From an uncultured Clostridia bacterium (GTDB lineage: Bacteria; Bacillota; Clostridia; TANB77; CAG-508): 64,000 bases of DNA. The first letter of the stretch is position 1, and each line of letters opens with the position of its first letter. A program made the position numbers and the translations under genes. The notes under the pieces are model-generated. The model worked only from the letters and a program-made list of their open reading frames with translations, was not told the DNA's origin and ran no database searches. Positions 1 to 10,300 of this stretch are shown here, one piece after another. Location: contig CANQYM010000004.1 in NCBI GenBank assembly GCA_947628085.1, positions 48,791 to 112,790 of the forward strand, written 5' to 3'.

Positions 1-170
1 GATAAAGAATTTTTACTTTATGTATTAAAATACAATAAAAATAAGAGAAAGTATATTGTTGATAATTTAAAATATATTGATAAAAGCAAAATAATAATAT
101 TAAAAAACAGAAAAAGTATAAATAAGTGGACTAAAATGCTTGAAAACAAGTAAATAACAAAGGAGATAAT

Positions 171-1691
171 ATGGCTAAAAAAAGTATAGCAAAAAATTAC
201 ATATATAACATGGTATATCAAGTTTTAATACTTATATTGCCTTTAATAACAACTCCATATCTATCACGAGTTTTAGGAGCAGAAGGAATAGGTATATATA
301 GTTATACTTATGCTATTGTTACATATTTCATTCTTTTTGGATCTTTAGGGGTTGCTTTATATGGACAAAGAGAAATAGCCTATGCACAAGATAATCCAGA
401 AAAAAGAACAAAAGTTTTTATAGAAATTGTTATTTTTAGATTTATAACAATATTGCTTGCAACAGTACTTTATTTTTTCCTTTTTGTAAAAGGAAAAGAA
501 TATCAACTATATTATCAAATATTAATACTAGAACTTGTAGCTGCAATTTTTGATATTAGTTGGTTTTTCCAAGGACTAGAAGAATTTAAGAAAACTGTTA
601 CTAGAAATGTTTTAGTTAGAATTTGTAGCGTAAGTTTAGTATTTTTATTAGTTAAAACAAGAGAAGATTTAGCTAAATTTACTTTAATATATTCGCTTGC
701 AGATTTAATTGGAAATGCTTCTTTATGGTTTTATTTGCCAAAATATTTAAAAGGTGTAAAAGTAAAAAATATAAACATAAAACAACATTTACCACATATA
801 GTTCTACTTTTTATTCCACAAATTGCAAATCAAATATACAAAATATTAGATACAACTATGATTGGATGGTTAATTGAAGACAAATCAGAAACAGGTTATT
901 ACGAACAAGGGCAGAAAGTTATAAGACTTCTTCTAACAGTTGTAAATTCTTTAGGAATTGTTATGATTCCAAGAATGGCAAATGCTTTTGCAAATAATGA
1001 TAAAAAGCAAATTAAATCATATATGAATATGTCTTTTAAATTTACTTTCTTTTTGTCTTTTCCAATTATGCTTGGAATAGCAAGTATTTCTAGGGCATTT
1101 GTCCCAATATTTTTTGGCCCAGGATATGATAAAGTAAATTACATCATTTATATTTGCTGTCCAATGATTTTACTTATGGGAATTGAAAACGTAATTGGTA
1201 CTCAATACTTATTACCAACCAAAAGGCAAAAGGAATATACAAAATCAGTTACAGCAGGAGTAATAGTTAATTTTATTTTGAATTATATATTAATTTCATT
1301 ATATCAATCAATTGGAGCAGCTGTTGCAACAGTAATTTCTCAAGTTGTTGTAGATGTTCTTCAATATAATAATATTAAAAATGAAATTAAAATTAATGAA
1401 TTATTAAAGTCTGCTTCTAAATATTTCATCTCTGCACTTGTAATGTTTGGATTTTGTATTTTAACTAAATTTTTCTTAAATACAAATATTGTTCAAAATG
1501 GTATTTATAATTTAAGCTTTAATATGCAAATAAGTAAGGAGCACTTATTTAATACAATTTCAATTATTTCTCAAATGGCAGTTGGTGTAATTGTTTATAT
1601 TGCTACTTTAATTATTTTAAAAGATGATTATGTATTTAAATTTTTAGAAAAAATTAAAAATAAAATTTTAAGAAAAAAAGAAGAGGCTTAA
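171..1691 (+). CDS. Polysaccharide biosynthesis protein / oligosaccharide flippase (Wzx-like, MOP superfamily)
   Basis: A 506-aa ORF that is hydrophobic with many TM helices. The N-terminus (NYIYNMVYQVLILILPLITTPYLSRVLGAEGIGIYSYT) is typical of PST-family flippases. An RBS (aggagataat) precedes the ATG. Confidence 0.75.
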   Translation: MAKKSIAKNYIYNMVYQVLILILPLITTPYLSRVLGAEGIGIYSYTYAIVTYFILFGSLGVALYGQREIAYAQDNPEKRTKVFIEIVIFRFITILLATVLYFFLFVKGKEYQLYYQILILELVAAIFDISWFFQGLEEFKKTVTRNVLVRICSVSLVFLLVKTREDLAKFTLIYSLADLIGNASLWFYLPKYLKGVKVKNINIKQHLPHIVLLFIPQIANQIYKILDTTMIGWLIEDKSETGYYEQGQKVIRLLLTVVNSLGIVMIPRMANAFANNDKKQIKSYMNMSFKFTFFLSFPIMLGIASISRAFVPIFFGPGYDKVNYIIYICCPMILLMGIENVIGTQYLLPTKRQKEYTKSVTAGVIVNFILNYILISLYQSIGAAVATVISQVVVDVLQYNNIKNEIKINELLKSASKYFISALVMFGFCILTKFFLNTNIVQNGIYNLSFNMQISKEHLFNTISIISQMAVGVIVYIATLIILKDDYVFKFLEKIKNKILRKKEEA

Positions 1692-1694
1692 AAT

Positions 1695-2306
1695 ATGGAA
1701 AATAAAAAAGCTTTAGCAGTTTTTGGCGGATCTTTCAATCCGCCACTTAATTCTCATTTTTCCCTTGCAGAACAAATAGTTAGTGAATATGAGAATATAG
1801 AAAAAGTGGTCTTTGTTCCAGTAAATTCTAAATACGAAAAAGCGGGACTACTTTCAAATGAACATAGATATAATATGCTAAAACTAGTGTGTGATAAAAA
1901 CGATAATTTTCTTTTATCTAATATTGAATTAAAACAAGAAAAACAATTATCCACATTAGAAACTTTAGAGCTTTTGCAAAAAGAATATCCAGATAATCTT
2001 ATTTATTTTGTACTCGGAACAGATAATTTAAAAGAATTTTCAACATGGCGTAATCCAGAAAAATTAGTTTCAGAATTCAAAATTCTTGTTTTAGAACGAG
2101 ATGAAGATAAAATGGAAGAAATAATTAATAGTGATAATTTTTTACTAAAACATAAAGATTCTTTTATAAAAACAAAAGAAAACATTAGAAGTAATATTAG
2201 TTCAAGCTTTGTTAGAAACAAAATTAGAAGAGGAAAATCTATTAGATATTTAGTGCCAGATGAAATATATTTTTACATAAAGGAAAATAATTTGTTTAAA
2301 GATTAA
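1695..2306 (+). CDS. nadD: Nicotinate-nucleotide adenylyltransferase
   Basis: The GGSFNPP(H/L)N nucleotidyltransferase motif is present near the N-terminus. Length is 203 aa. The protein aligns along its length to Bacillus NadD as I remember it. Confidence 0.85.
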   Translation: MENKKALAVFGGSFNPPLNSHFSLAEQIVSEYENIEKVVFVPVNSKYEKAGLLSNEHRYNMLKLVCDKNDNFLLSNIELKQEKQLSTLETLELLQKEYPDNLIYFVLGTDNLKEFSTWRNPEKLVSEFKILVLERDEDKMEEIINSDNFLLKHKDSFIKTKENIRSNISSSFVRNKIRRGKSIRYLVPDEIYFYIKENNLFKD

Positions 2307-2347
2307 TTTTTTAAAAAGACTTTTAAGTAAGAAAGGAAGACGAAAAT

Positions 2348-3115
2348 ATGTTAGAAAAAGAAAAAATTTTTAAAGAAGCAGAAAATGCAATTGTATGGAT
2401 TCGTGAATTTATAGAAAGCACAGGAGCAAAGGGTGTTGTAGTAGGAAACAGTGGTGGAAAAGACTCAGCAACAGTAATTGCAATGGCAGTAAAAGCCTTA
2501 GGAAGTGAAAGAGTAGTAACAGTTGCAATGCCTTGTAATTCAATATCTTCAGACTTAGAAGATGCTAGACTAGTTGCAGAAACTTTTGAAGTTCCTTTTC
2601 TAGAAATTGATTTAACCAAAAGCTATACTGAAATGGAAAGCTCTATAAATGATTCTTTAGAAACATTAAATAAAGAATTAAATAGAGAAGCAAAAATAAA
2701 CATGAAACCACGTTTTAGAATGATTACACTTTATGCAATTGCTCAATCTTTAGGATATTTAGTAATAGGAACAGGAAACTTATGTGAGGCAATGGTTGGA
2801 TACACAACAAAATGGGGAGATAGCGCTTATGATTTTAATCCTATTGCAAACTTCACAGTTCCAGAAGTTTTAGCAATTGGAGAATATTTAGGAGTGCCAG
2901 AAAAAATAATAAAAAAAGCACCTAATGACGGTTTAGGTGGACAAACAGATGAAGAAAAAATGGGAGTTACTTATAAACAAATAGAAGAGTATATTGAAAC
3001 AGGAAAAACGGATTTAAATGCAATGCCTACAATTGAAAGATTAAATAAATCATCAAAACATAAAAGAAATCCAATTCCAACATACACTTTTGAAAGAACA
3101 AATTATTTGAAATAA
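2348..3115 (+). CDS. nadE: NH3-dependent NAD+ synthetase
   Basis: The SGGKDSA PP-loop ATP-pyrophosphatase motif is present. Length is 255 aa. It is adjacent to nadD and pncB. Confidence 0.85.
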   Translation: MLEKEKIFKEAENAIVWIREFIESTGAKGVVVGNSGGKDSATVIAMAVKALGSERVVTVAMPCNSISSDLEDARLVAETFEVPFLEIDLTKSYTEMESSINDSLETLNKELNREAKINMKPRFRMITLYAIAQSLGYLVIGTGNLCEAMVGYTTKWGDSAYDFNPIANFTVPEVLAIGEYLGVPEKIIKKAPNDGLGGQTDEEKMGVTYKQIEEYIETGKTDLNAMPTIERLNKSSKHKRNPIPTYTFERTNYLK

Positions 3116-3239
3116 GATAAAAATAAATAGTGCAAATAATAAAATTTAATAATAACGTATTATTAATATTAAAATAATAAAAACATAAATAACAAAATTT
3201 TAATAATAAAAAATCAATAAATAAAACTTAATATTAAAG

Positions 3240-3337
3240 AAGAGTTATATTATATTACTGAATGAAAGAAGCGAATCGAGAGTAACTGGAGTTAGCTTGA
3301 GCGAGCAATTGAAATGAAGTAATATAAAATAACTCTT
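3240..3337. repeat. IR-flanked GC-rich intergenic element, possible third member of the A/B element family, 40 nt downstream of the pncB stop
   Basis: The termini AAGAGTTATATTATATTACT and AGTAATATAAAATAACTCTT are reverse complements at 19/20 positions. The core GAAGCGAATCGAGAG...GCTTGAGCGAGCAATTG shares the GCTTGAGCGA and CGATTCGCTTC-type motifs with element A. The terminal-repeat fragment TATATTACT is also shared with A. Confidence 0.4.
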
Positions 3338-3366
3338 TTATTTATTAAGATATTTATTAAGAATAA

Positions 3367-4791
3367 TTATTTTCTAAGCATTTCTTGTTTCAAATTATAA
3401 AGCTTTTCAGATAAATCCACAAAGTATTTAGGTGGATTATCAATACGCTTTAATTCTTCCCAGAATGAATTTAAATCGTTTTTTGAATATTCAGCAATAC
3501 TTTTTACATCTGGAGAATTATAAACCAATTTTCCGCCTTCAAATATTTTTTGATGGAGCTCTTTAACATAATAATTTGTAATGTTTTTTTTCTTCCATGT
3601 AGCTAGAGGATCAAATAATGTATATTCCTCTTCTGATATTTTTTCATCATGTAAAGCAATTAAATCTCCTAAAGCCTTGTTATTTTCTTTTGAATAAAAT
3701 CTATAAACTTTTTTAAAGCTTGGATTTGTAACTTTATCTACATTTTCACTAATTTTAATTTTAGGTATTAATTTTCCATTTTTCTCTAAAGCAACTAATT
3801 TATATACGCCACCGAAAACAGGACTGCTTTTAGAAGTTATTAAATTTTCACCAACACCAAAAGAATCTACTTTAGCATCTTGCTCAAATAAAGAGGCGAT
3901 AAGTCTTTCATCTAAAGAATTTGTTACACAAATTTTGCAATCACTATATCCAGCTTTGTCTAATATTTTTCTAACTTCTTTTGATAAATATGCTAAATCT
4001 CCACTGTCTAGTCTAACTGCAACTGGTCTTATTCCTTGAGGTTTTAAAACTTCATCAAATACTTTAATTGCATTAGGTAAACCACTCTCTAAGGTATTAT
4101 ATGTATCTATTAAAAATGTGCAATTATTAGGATATATTTCAGCATATGCCTTAAAAGCCTCATATTCAGAATCAAAACTTTGAATCCAACTATGTGCCAT
4201 TGTTCCGCTTGCTGGAACATTAAAACTTTGTGCTGAAAGAGTGCAAGAGGTTCCAACAGCTCCACCAATAATTGCAGCTCTTGCTCCATAAACAGCAGCA
4301 TCAGCTCCATGTGCACGTCTAGCTCCAAATTCCATTACAGGACATTTCTTTGCTTGGTTTACAATTCTTCTTGTTTTTGTAGCAATTAAGCTTTGATGAT
4401 TTACAATTAAAAGAAGAATAGTTTCTAAAAGTTGAGCTTCTATAATAGGAGCTCTTACAGTAATTAATGGTTCATTTGGAAACACAACAGTTCCTTCTGG
4501 AATAGACCAAATATCTCCTGTGAATTTAAAATTTTCTAAGTATTTTAAAAATCCATCTGAGAAAATATTTTGACTTCTTAGATAATCAATATCTTCTTTA
4601 GTAAATTTTAAGTCTTTAATAAAATCTATAATCTGTTCTAATCCTGCAAAAATAGCAAATCCACCATTGTCTGGAACTTTTCTAAAAAATACATCAAAAT
4701 AGGCAACATCATTCATATTTTTTATGAAATATCCATTAGACATTGTGAATTCATAAAAATCTGCTATTAATTCTAAATTTCTTTTATTCAT
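3367..4791 (-). CDS. pncB: Nicotinate phosphoribosyltransferase
   Basis: The N-terminus MNKRNLELIADFYEFTMSNGYF is characteristic of PncB. I moved the start to the internal ATG at 4791, which has an AAGGAG RBS. The gene is convergent with nadE. Confidence 0.85.
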   Translation of the reverse strand: MNKRNLELIADFYEFTMSNGYFIKNMNDVAYFDVFFRKVPDNGGFAIFAGLEQIIDFIKDLKFTKEDIDYLRSQNIFSDGFLKYLENFKFTGDIWSIPEGTVVFPNEPLITVRAPIIEAQLLETILLLIVNHQSLIATKTRRIVNQAKKCPVMEFGARRAHGADAAVYGARAAIIGGAVGTSCTLSAQSFNVPASGTMAHSWIQSFDSEYEAFKAYAEIYPNNCTFLIDTYNTLESGLPNAIKVFDEVLKPQGIRPVAVRLDSGDLAYLSKEVRKILDKAGYSDCKICVTNSLDERLIASLFEQDAKVDSFGVGENLITSKSSPVFGGVYKLVALEKNGKLIPKIKISENVDKVTNPSFKKVYRFYSKENNKALGDLIALHDEKISEEEYTLFDPLATWKKKNITNYYVKELHQKIFEGGKLVYNSPDVKSIAEYSKNDLNSFWEELKRIDNPPKYFVDLSEKLYNLKQEMLRK

Positions 4792-4964
4792 AAAAAACTC
4801 CTTAAATTTAATTTTGCCTATATTATAAACCATTATGTCAAACAATTAAAGTATATTCTTAAATAAAATTAAAATTAATAAAAATTTAATTGTTTTTTAT
4901 ATAATAAAAAAGTATAATGTAAATGTAATATTTTGTGTGCTGAAAGAATATGGAGGTATGAAAT

Positions 4965-5513
4965 ATGGAATATTTAAGCAAATTTTTAAAGAAAACAGGT
5001 GCATCTTCACTAGTCTCTTCAATAGTTTTTGCAATAATAGGACTAGTTTTAATAATAAATCCTGATGCGATAATTAGAATTATATCTTTAGTTGTAGGAT
5101 TTATGTTTATCTTAGTTGGTGGATATAAAACTATTAATTACTTTGTAAATAAAGGAAATTACGATTTATATAATTATGATTTAGCTTTTGGAATAATTGC
5201 AATAGTTTTAGGATTAGTAACTATTATTTATTGCAGAGAAATAACAGCACTTTTTAGAATATTAATAGGACTTTGGATAATTTATAGTGCTGTAGTAAGA
5301 TTTAGTTTATCTGTAAAATTAAAATCTTTGGGAACAGATGCATGGAAATATAGTTTAATTTTATCAATAATTATGCTAATTTGTGGACTTTATGTATTAT
5401 TCACAACAGATATAATAGTTGTAGCAATAGGAGTTGTAATTTTAATTTATGCTATTATAGATATAGTAGAAAGCATAATATTCCTTTCAAACATTAAAGA
5501 TATAGAAAGTTAA
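4965..5513 (+). CDS. HdeD/DUF308-like multi-pass membrane protein
   Basis: A 182-aa ORF made of repeated hydrophobic helices with short loops. The GAGGT RBS sits 8 nt upstream of the start. Confidence 0.4.
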   Translation: MEYLSKFLKKTGASSLVSSIVFAIIGLVLIINPDAIIRIISLVVGFMFILVGGYKTINYFVNKGNYDLYNYDLAFGIIAIVLGLVTIIYCREITALFRILIGLWIIYSAVVRFSLSVKLKSLGTDAWKYSLILSIIMLICGLYVLFTTDIIVVAIGVVILIYAIIDIVESIIFLSNIKDIES

Positions 5514-5588
5514 TTTTTGTATAGACAAATTACAAAATTTAATGTAAAATAGTGATGTTAATTTTTTTACAAGGAAGGATTATTACAA

Positions 5589-6776
5589 ATGGAAAACGAT
5601 ACAATAGATAAAGAAAATCAAGAAGTAAGAAGAACGAGACGTAGAAGATCTAGAATTGGTGAGAGCATTGAAAGTGAAAGAAGAACTTCTAGAAAACATA
5701 ATAAAAGAAAAGGTGGAATAGCTTCAAAAGTTTTCACAGTTTTATTTTCTTTAGGAACAATTGGAATAATTTTTGTTATGTTTTTACTTTATGGGCCATA
5801 TTCAGGTTTTAGAGAATGGCTTGTTACAACAGCTATGACAACAATGACTCATCAATATTTTGCAACATGGTTTTATGATGAAGATACAATTAATTATATA
5901 TTAGATAAAAATAAAGTAGTTGAAATTGATGAAACAACAGATGCAAATGCCATAAATATGGCAGGATTAAAGCATACAACTGAATATGAAAATGAATTCG
6001 AAAGAGCTATTTTAGAAAGAGACGAAAAAAATAATGATTATAAAATAATAGAAATAAGTGAAAAGAAATTTGATGGTTATTTAGTAGCTGTTTATGATCC
6101 ATCAAGAGTACATACTGTTGTTACAGAAAAATTAGGTGTTTCTGGACAATATTTAACAACAATGGCTAAAAACAACGATGCATTAATTGCAATAAATGGC
6201 GGTGGTTTTAATGATCCAAACTTTAATAGTACAGGTGGACAACCTTTAGGAATTACTGTTTCAATGGGAACATATAAAACAACTGCTTCATATGGCGGTG
6301 CTGGAGGAATAATAGGATTTACAGGCGATGATAAATTAGTATTAGGAAAAATGACATTACAACAAGCACAAGAGCAAGGAATTAGAGACGCTGTTACATT
6401 TGGACCATTTTTAATAGTAAATGGAAAAGCCTCTTCTGTTGTAGGAAATGGAGGTTGGGGAACAGCTCCAAGAACAGCAATTGCACAAAGAAAAGATGGA
6501 ATTGTTTTATTCTTAATATTAGATGGAAGAACAGCATCTAAACCAGGTGCAGATATGGATGATTTAATAGACATTCTTCAAGATTATGGTGCATATAATG
6601 CAGCAAATCTTGATGGAGGAACATCAAGTGTTTTAGTAGTTAATGATGTAATTGTAAATGATCCAATAGATAGTACTGGTGCACATAAAACTAGACCTAT
6701 AGCATCAGGCTTTATAGTATCAAAAGATGATAGTGATGATAGTGATCATGAATTAGTTGAAGAAAAATTAAAATAA
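5589..6776 (+). CDS. Phosphodiester glycosidase family protein (NAGPA-like, DUF2233)
   Basis: It has an Arg-rich cytoplasmic N-terminus followed by a single TM helix. The AINGGGFNDPN...GGQPLGITVS region is typical of the PF09992 family. An intrinsic terminator lies at about 6790-6830. Confidence 0.55.
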   Translation: MENDTIDKENQEVRRTRRRRSRIGESIESERRTSRKHNKRKGGIASKVFTVLFSLGTIGIIFVMFLLYGPYSGFREWLVTTAMTTMTHQYFATWFYDEDTINYILDKNKVVEIDETTDANAINMAGLKHTTEYENEFERAILERDEKNNDYKIIEISEKKFDGYLVAVYDPSRVHTVVTEKLGVSGQYLTTMAKNNDALIAINGGGFNDPNFNSTGGQPLGITVSMGTYKTTASYGGAGGIIGFTGDDKLVLGKMTLQQAQEQGIRDAVTFGPFLIVNGKASSVVGNGGWGTAPRTAIAQRKDGIVLFLILDGRTASKPGADMDDLIDILQDYGAYNAANLDGGTSSVLVVNDVIVNDPIDSTGAHKTRPIASGFIVSKDDSDDSDHELVEEKLK

Positions 6777-6901
6777 AATCAAAAAATAAAAGCCCTAACT
6801 TGTGCGACTTTAGCACTAGTTAGGCTTTTTTAAAATTAAATATTGATTTATAAATTTATTTAAAATATAATAAGAAATAATTTATAAAATTGAGGGTAAT
6901 T

Positions 6902-8404
6902 ATGCCAGATTTTGAAATTTTTAGAGGTAATCCAAAAAGTCTTTTAAAACATTTTAGACATGATAATTTTATTCTAGTTTTTGTCATATTATTAGCAATA
7001 GTAATAGGACTATTTGTTGCTGGAACAATTTTTTTCTATACTAGTCAACAAAATAGTGATGTTATACAATCAGGGGTATTTATAAAAAACATTAATGTTT
7101 CAGGACTAACGAGAGAAGAAGCAATAAAACGTGTTAATGAAGAACTTTCTAACCAAATGAATGATCACATTGAACTTACATATAAAAATCATAATTATTA
7201 TGTTGAAATAGAACAAATAGAAGCTAAATTTGATGTTGAAGCTTCTGTTGATTATGCCTTTAATTTAGCAAAACATGGAACATTTTTAGAAAATTTATAT
7301 CAATACATATCTATTTTATTAACTAAAATTAATATAGACCCAAAACTTACATATAATGATGAAGCATTAACTTCATATTTAGAAACAATAGAAACATATC
7401 TTCCAGACCAATTAGAACAATATGGATATTATTTAGAAGATGACGAACTTTTTATAACAAATGGTGTAAATGGTGCTGGAATAGAATATGATGATTTAAA
7501 AAAGATGATAATAGATACAATACAAGACATTAGCTATTCTAGAGGATATATTCAAATTCCAACATACACAAAATATCCAGAACCAATAGATGTTGATGCA
7601 ATTCATCAAGATATTTATAGAGAAGTTCAAGATGCATATTTCACAACAGAGCCTTATGCTGTTTTTGCAGAGGTTACAGGAGTGGATTTTGATGTAGACC
7701 TTGTTAAAAACTTTATAAAAGAAAATCCAAATGCTCAAGAATATGAAATTCCTTTAACTTATACTGAGCCTAATGTTACAGTAAACGATTTGGGAAGAGA
7801 AGCTTTTCCAGATTTAGTAGGTTCATATGCTACTAAATATGTTACAAGTAATAGAGATAGAACTACTAATTTAAGATTAGCAGCAAGCAAAATAGATGGA
7901 ACTGTTGTAATGCCAGGAGAAATTTTTTCATATAATAAAGTTGTTGGGAAAAGAACAATAGCAGCAGGATATAAAGAAGCAGCAATTTATCAAGATGGAG
8001 AAGTAACATCAGGACTTGGAGGAGGAATATGCCAAATTTCAACAACATTATATAATGCGGCTATTGCAGCAAATATGGAAATTGAAACAAGAAGAAATCA
8101 TATGTTTGTACCTTCATATATAGAAGCTGGTAAAGATGCTACTGTTGTTTGGGGCTCAACAGACTTTAAATTTAAAAATAGAAGAGATTATCCAGTAAAA
8201 ATAGAAGCATCTGTAGAAGGCGGAATTGCTAGAATAAACATATATGGCTTAAAAACAGATGATGAATATGACATATCTTTATATACAAGAACTATAAAAT
8301 CTACAGCAACAACTTTAGTTGTTGAATCTTATAGAGAATATAGAAGAGATGGACAAGTTGTTAAGAGAGATAAATTATATACAGATACATATAAAAAGCA
8401 ATAA
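6902..8404 (+). CDS. VanW family protein
   Basis: The C-terminal region (YATKYVTSNRDRTTNLRLAASKIDGTVVMPGEIFSYNKVVGKRT...GGGICQISTTLYNAA) matches the VanW domain. I moved the start to ATG 6902, which has a GAGGG RBS. Confidence 0.7.
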   Translation: MPDFEIFRGNPKSLLKHFRHDNFILVFVILLAIVIGLFVAGTIFFYTSQQNSDVIQSGVFIKNINVSGLTREEAIKRVNEELSNQMNDHIELTYKNHNYYVEIEQIEAKFDVEASVDYAFNLAKHGTFLENLYQYISILLTKINIDPKLTYNDEALTSYLETIETYLPDQLEQYGYYLEDDELFITNGVNGAGIEYDDLKKMIIDTIQDISYSRGYIQIPTYTKYPEPIDVDAIHQDIYREVQDAYFTTEPYAVFAEVTGVDFDVDLVKNFIKENPNAQEYEIPLTYTEPNVTVNDLGREAFPDLVGSYATKYVTSNRDRTTNLRLAASKIDGTVVMPGEIFSYNKVVGKRTIAAGYKEAAIYQDGEVTSGLGGGICQISTTLYNAAIAANMEIETRRNHMFVPSYIEAGKDATVVWGSTDFKFKNRRDYPVKIEASVEGGIARINIYGLKTDDEYDISLYTRTIKSTATTLVVESYREYRRDGQVVKRDKLYTDTYKKQ

Positions 8405-8416
8405 AATGAGGTAAAA

Positions 8417-9070
8417 ATGAGAATTAGAAGAAAGAAATGGGCAAAGGAAGAACTAGAAAAATCAAATTTTTATATAGATAAACCACAAGAATTTAAAGGA
8501 AAATGGAAAGAAAAGTTTAATAATAATAGTAGTGCATTACACATAGAACTAGGTTCGGGAAAAGGTCTTTTTATTTCAAAGCTAGCTTCTAAAAATTCAA
8601 ATATAAACTATATCGCAGTAGATATGATAGAAGCAATGCTTGGATTATCTAAAAGAAATATTGAAAATGCATATAATTTTCAAGATCCAAATAATTTATT
8701 TTTAATTAGAGCAAACATAGAACAAATATCAGATGTTTTTGAAAAGAAAGATGAAGTAGAAAGAATATACATAAATTTTTGTAACCCATGGCCTAAGAAA
8801 AAACACAATAAAAGAAGACTAACACATCCAAAACAATTAGTTCAATATAAAGAATTTTTAAAGCCAGGTGGAGAAATATATTTTAAAACAGATTCAGATG
8901 AGCTTTTTGAAGCAAGTTTAGAATACTTAAATGAGACTGGATTTAAAATTGTTTCAAAAACATATAATCTTTATAATGAAAACATTTTTGAAGAAAATAT
9001 AATAACAGAACATGAAAAAATGTTTTCAGATGAGGGAATAAAAATAAAAGCTTTAATTGCAAAATTATAA
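8417..9070 (+). CDS. trmB: tRNA (guanine46-N7)-methyltransferase
   Basis: The protein is collinear with B. subtilis TrmB. Shared segments include HIELGSGKG..INYIA(V)D and NF(C/S)(N/D)PWPKKKH.KRRL. Confidence 0.85.
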   Translation: MRIRRKKWAKEELEKSNFYIDKPQEFKGKWKEKFNNNSSALHIELGSGKGLFISKLASKNSNINYIAVDMIEAMLGLSKRNIENAYNFQDPNNLFLIRANIEQISDVFEKKDEVERIYINFCNPWPKKKHNKRRLTHPKQLVQYKEFLKPGGEIYFKTDSDELFEASLEYLNETGFKIVSKTYNLYNENIFEENIITEHEKMFSDEGIKIKALIAKL

Positions 9071-9169
9071 TTTAAAGTATTTGTCATATATTTTTAAAAT
9101 AATTTTAAGATTATTTTAAGGTTATATATATAAAATTTAATAAAAATTATAAAAGAGGAGGACAAGACT

Positions 9170-10300
9170 TTGTTACAGGTAAAAAATGTTACTAAAAAAT
9201 ACGGCAATTTTTATGCCGTAAGAAATATTAACTTCGAAGTCAATGATGGAGAAATAGTAGGATTCCTTGGACGTAATGGAGCAGGAAAAACAACTACTAT
9301 GAACATGATTACAGGTTTTATTGATCCAACAGAAGGCGAAATAATTGTAAATGGTTATAATGTTGAAACAAAACCTCGAAAAGTAAAAAAAGAAATAGGC
9401 TATATGCCAGAAGGAACACCATTATATTATGATTTAACAGTTAAAGAATTTATAACTTATATGGCTGAGCTTAAATTAATTCCTAAAAAAGATAGAAAAG
9501 AAGCAATTGAAAAAGTTATTGAAAGTACAGGACTTAAAATAGTTGAAAATAGTTTAACTAGAAACTTATCTAGAGGATATAAACAAAGAGTAAGCCTAGC
9601 TGGTGCAATTGTTGGAGATCCTAAAATATTAATTTTAGACGAACCAACTGTTGGATTAGATCCAAAGCAAGTTATAGAAATAAGAGAACTTATTAGATCT
9701 TTTGGAAAAAATCACACTGTATTTATTAGTTCACATATTTTATCAGAAATCAGACAAATATGTGATAAAGTTATTATTATAGATAAAGGCGAAATTGTTT
9801 CAGTAGATACACCAAGAAATTTGGAAAATAAAACTACTGATACCAATATTTTAAAAATAGTTGTTGACGATTTAAGTAATAAATTTATTTCTTTGAAAGA
9901 TGAAATTTCTGAGATTAAAGAAATAAAATTAGTTAAGGAAAATGAAGAGGATAAAACTAAAGAATATATAGTTGAAGCTACTACTAATAAAGATATAAGA
10001 AAAGATATTTTTTCTAGTTGTGCAAAAAATAATATAACAATTTTAGAAATGAAAAAACATGAAGCTTCACTAGAAGAGGCATTTATAAAAATAGTAGAAG
10101 ATAGACCTGAATATAGTAAAAAAGAAATTGAAAAAATACAATATGAAAAAGAACTTGATGAATTAAGAGAAGAAGAAAAATACAAAAAAGAAGAAAAAGA
10201 AAATAAAAAACAAGCTAAGAAAGAAGAAAAAGCACGTAAAAAAGCAGAAAAAGAGGAAAGAAAGAAAAAAGAATCTGAAAATGAAGGAGGAGAAGAATAA
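9170..10300 (+). CDS. ABC transporter ATP-binding protein (GldA-like) with a Lys/Glu-rich C-terminal tail
   Basis: Walker A (GRNGAGKTT), the signature LSRGYKQRVSLA and Walker B (ILILDEPT) are all present. The start is TTG behind AGAGGAGG. The last 60 aa or so are KE-rich and low-complexity. Confidence 0.85.
   Translation: MLQVKNVTKKYGNFYAVRNINFEVNDGEIVGFLGRNGAGKTTTMNMITGFIDPTEGEIIVNGYNVETKPRKVKKEIGYMPEGTPLYYDLTVKEFITYMAELKLIPKKDRKEAIEKVIESTGLKIVENSLTRNLSRGYKQRVSLAGAIVGDPKILILDEPTVGLDPKQVIEIRELIRSFGKNHTVFISSHILSEIRQICDKVIIIDKGEIVSVDTPRNLENKTTDTNILKIVVDDLSNKFISLKDEISEIKEIKLVKENEEDKTKEYIVEATTNKDIRKDIFSSCAKNNITILEMKKHEASLEEAFIKIVEDRPEYSKKEIEKIQYEKELDELREEEKYKKEEKENKKQAKKEEKARKKAEKEERKKKESENEGGEE

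Noticed and set aside
6092-6574. A 160-aa antisense ORF inside the phosphodiester glycosidase gene
   Set aside because: It lies entirely within a well-supported gene on the other strand. Its Pro/Gly-rich translation is the complement of GGN-rich coding sequence. There are no start signals.
9712-10185. A 157-aa antisense ORF within the ABC ATPase gene, and similar antisense ORFs at 35341-35727, 37216-37470 and 40865-41077
   Set aside because: They are antisense to strongly supported genes. They are Ser/Leu/Phe-rich complements of Lys/Glu-rich coding sequence. They have no independent signals.
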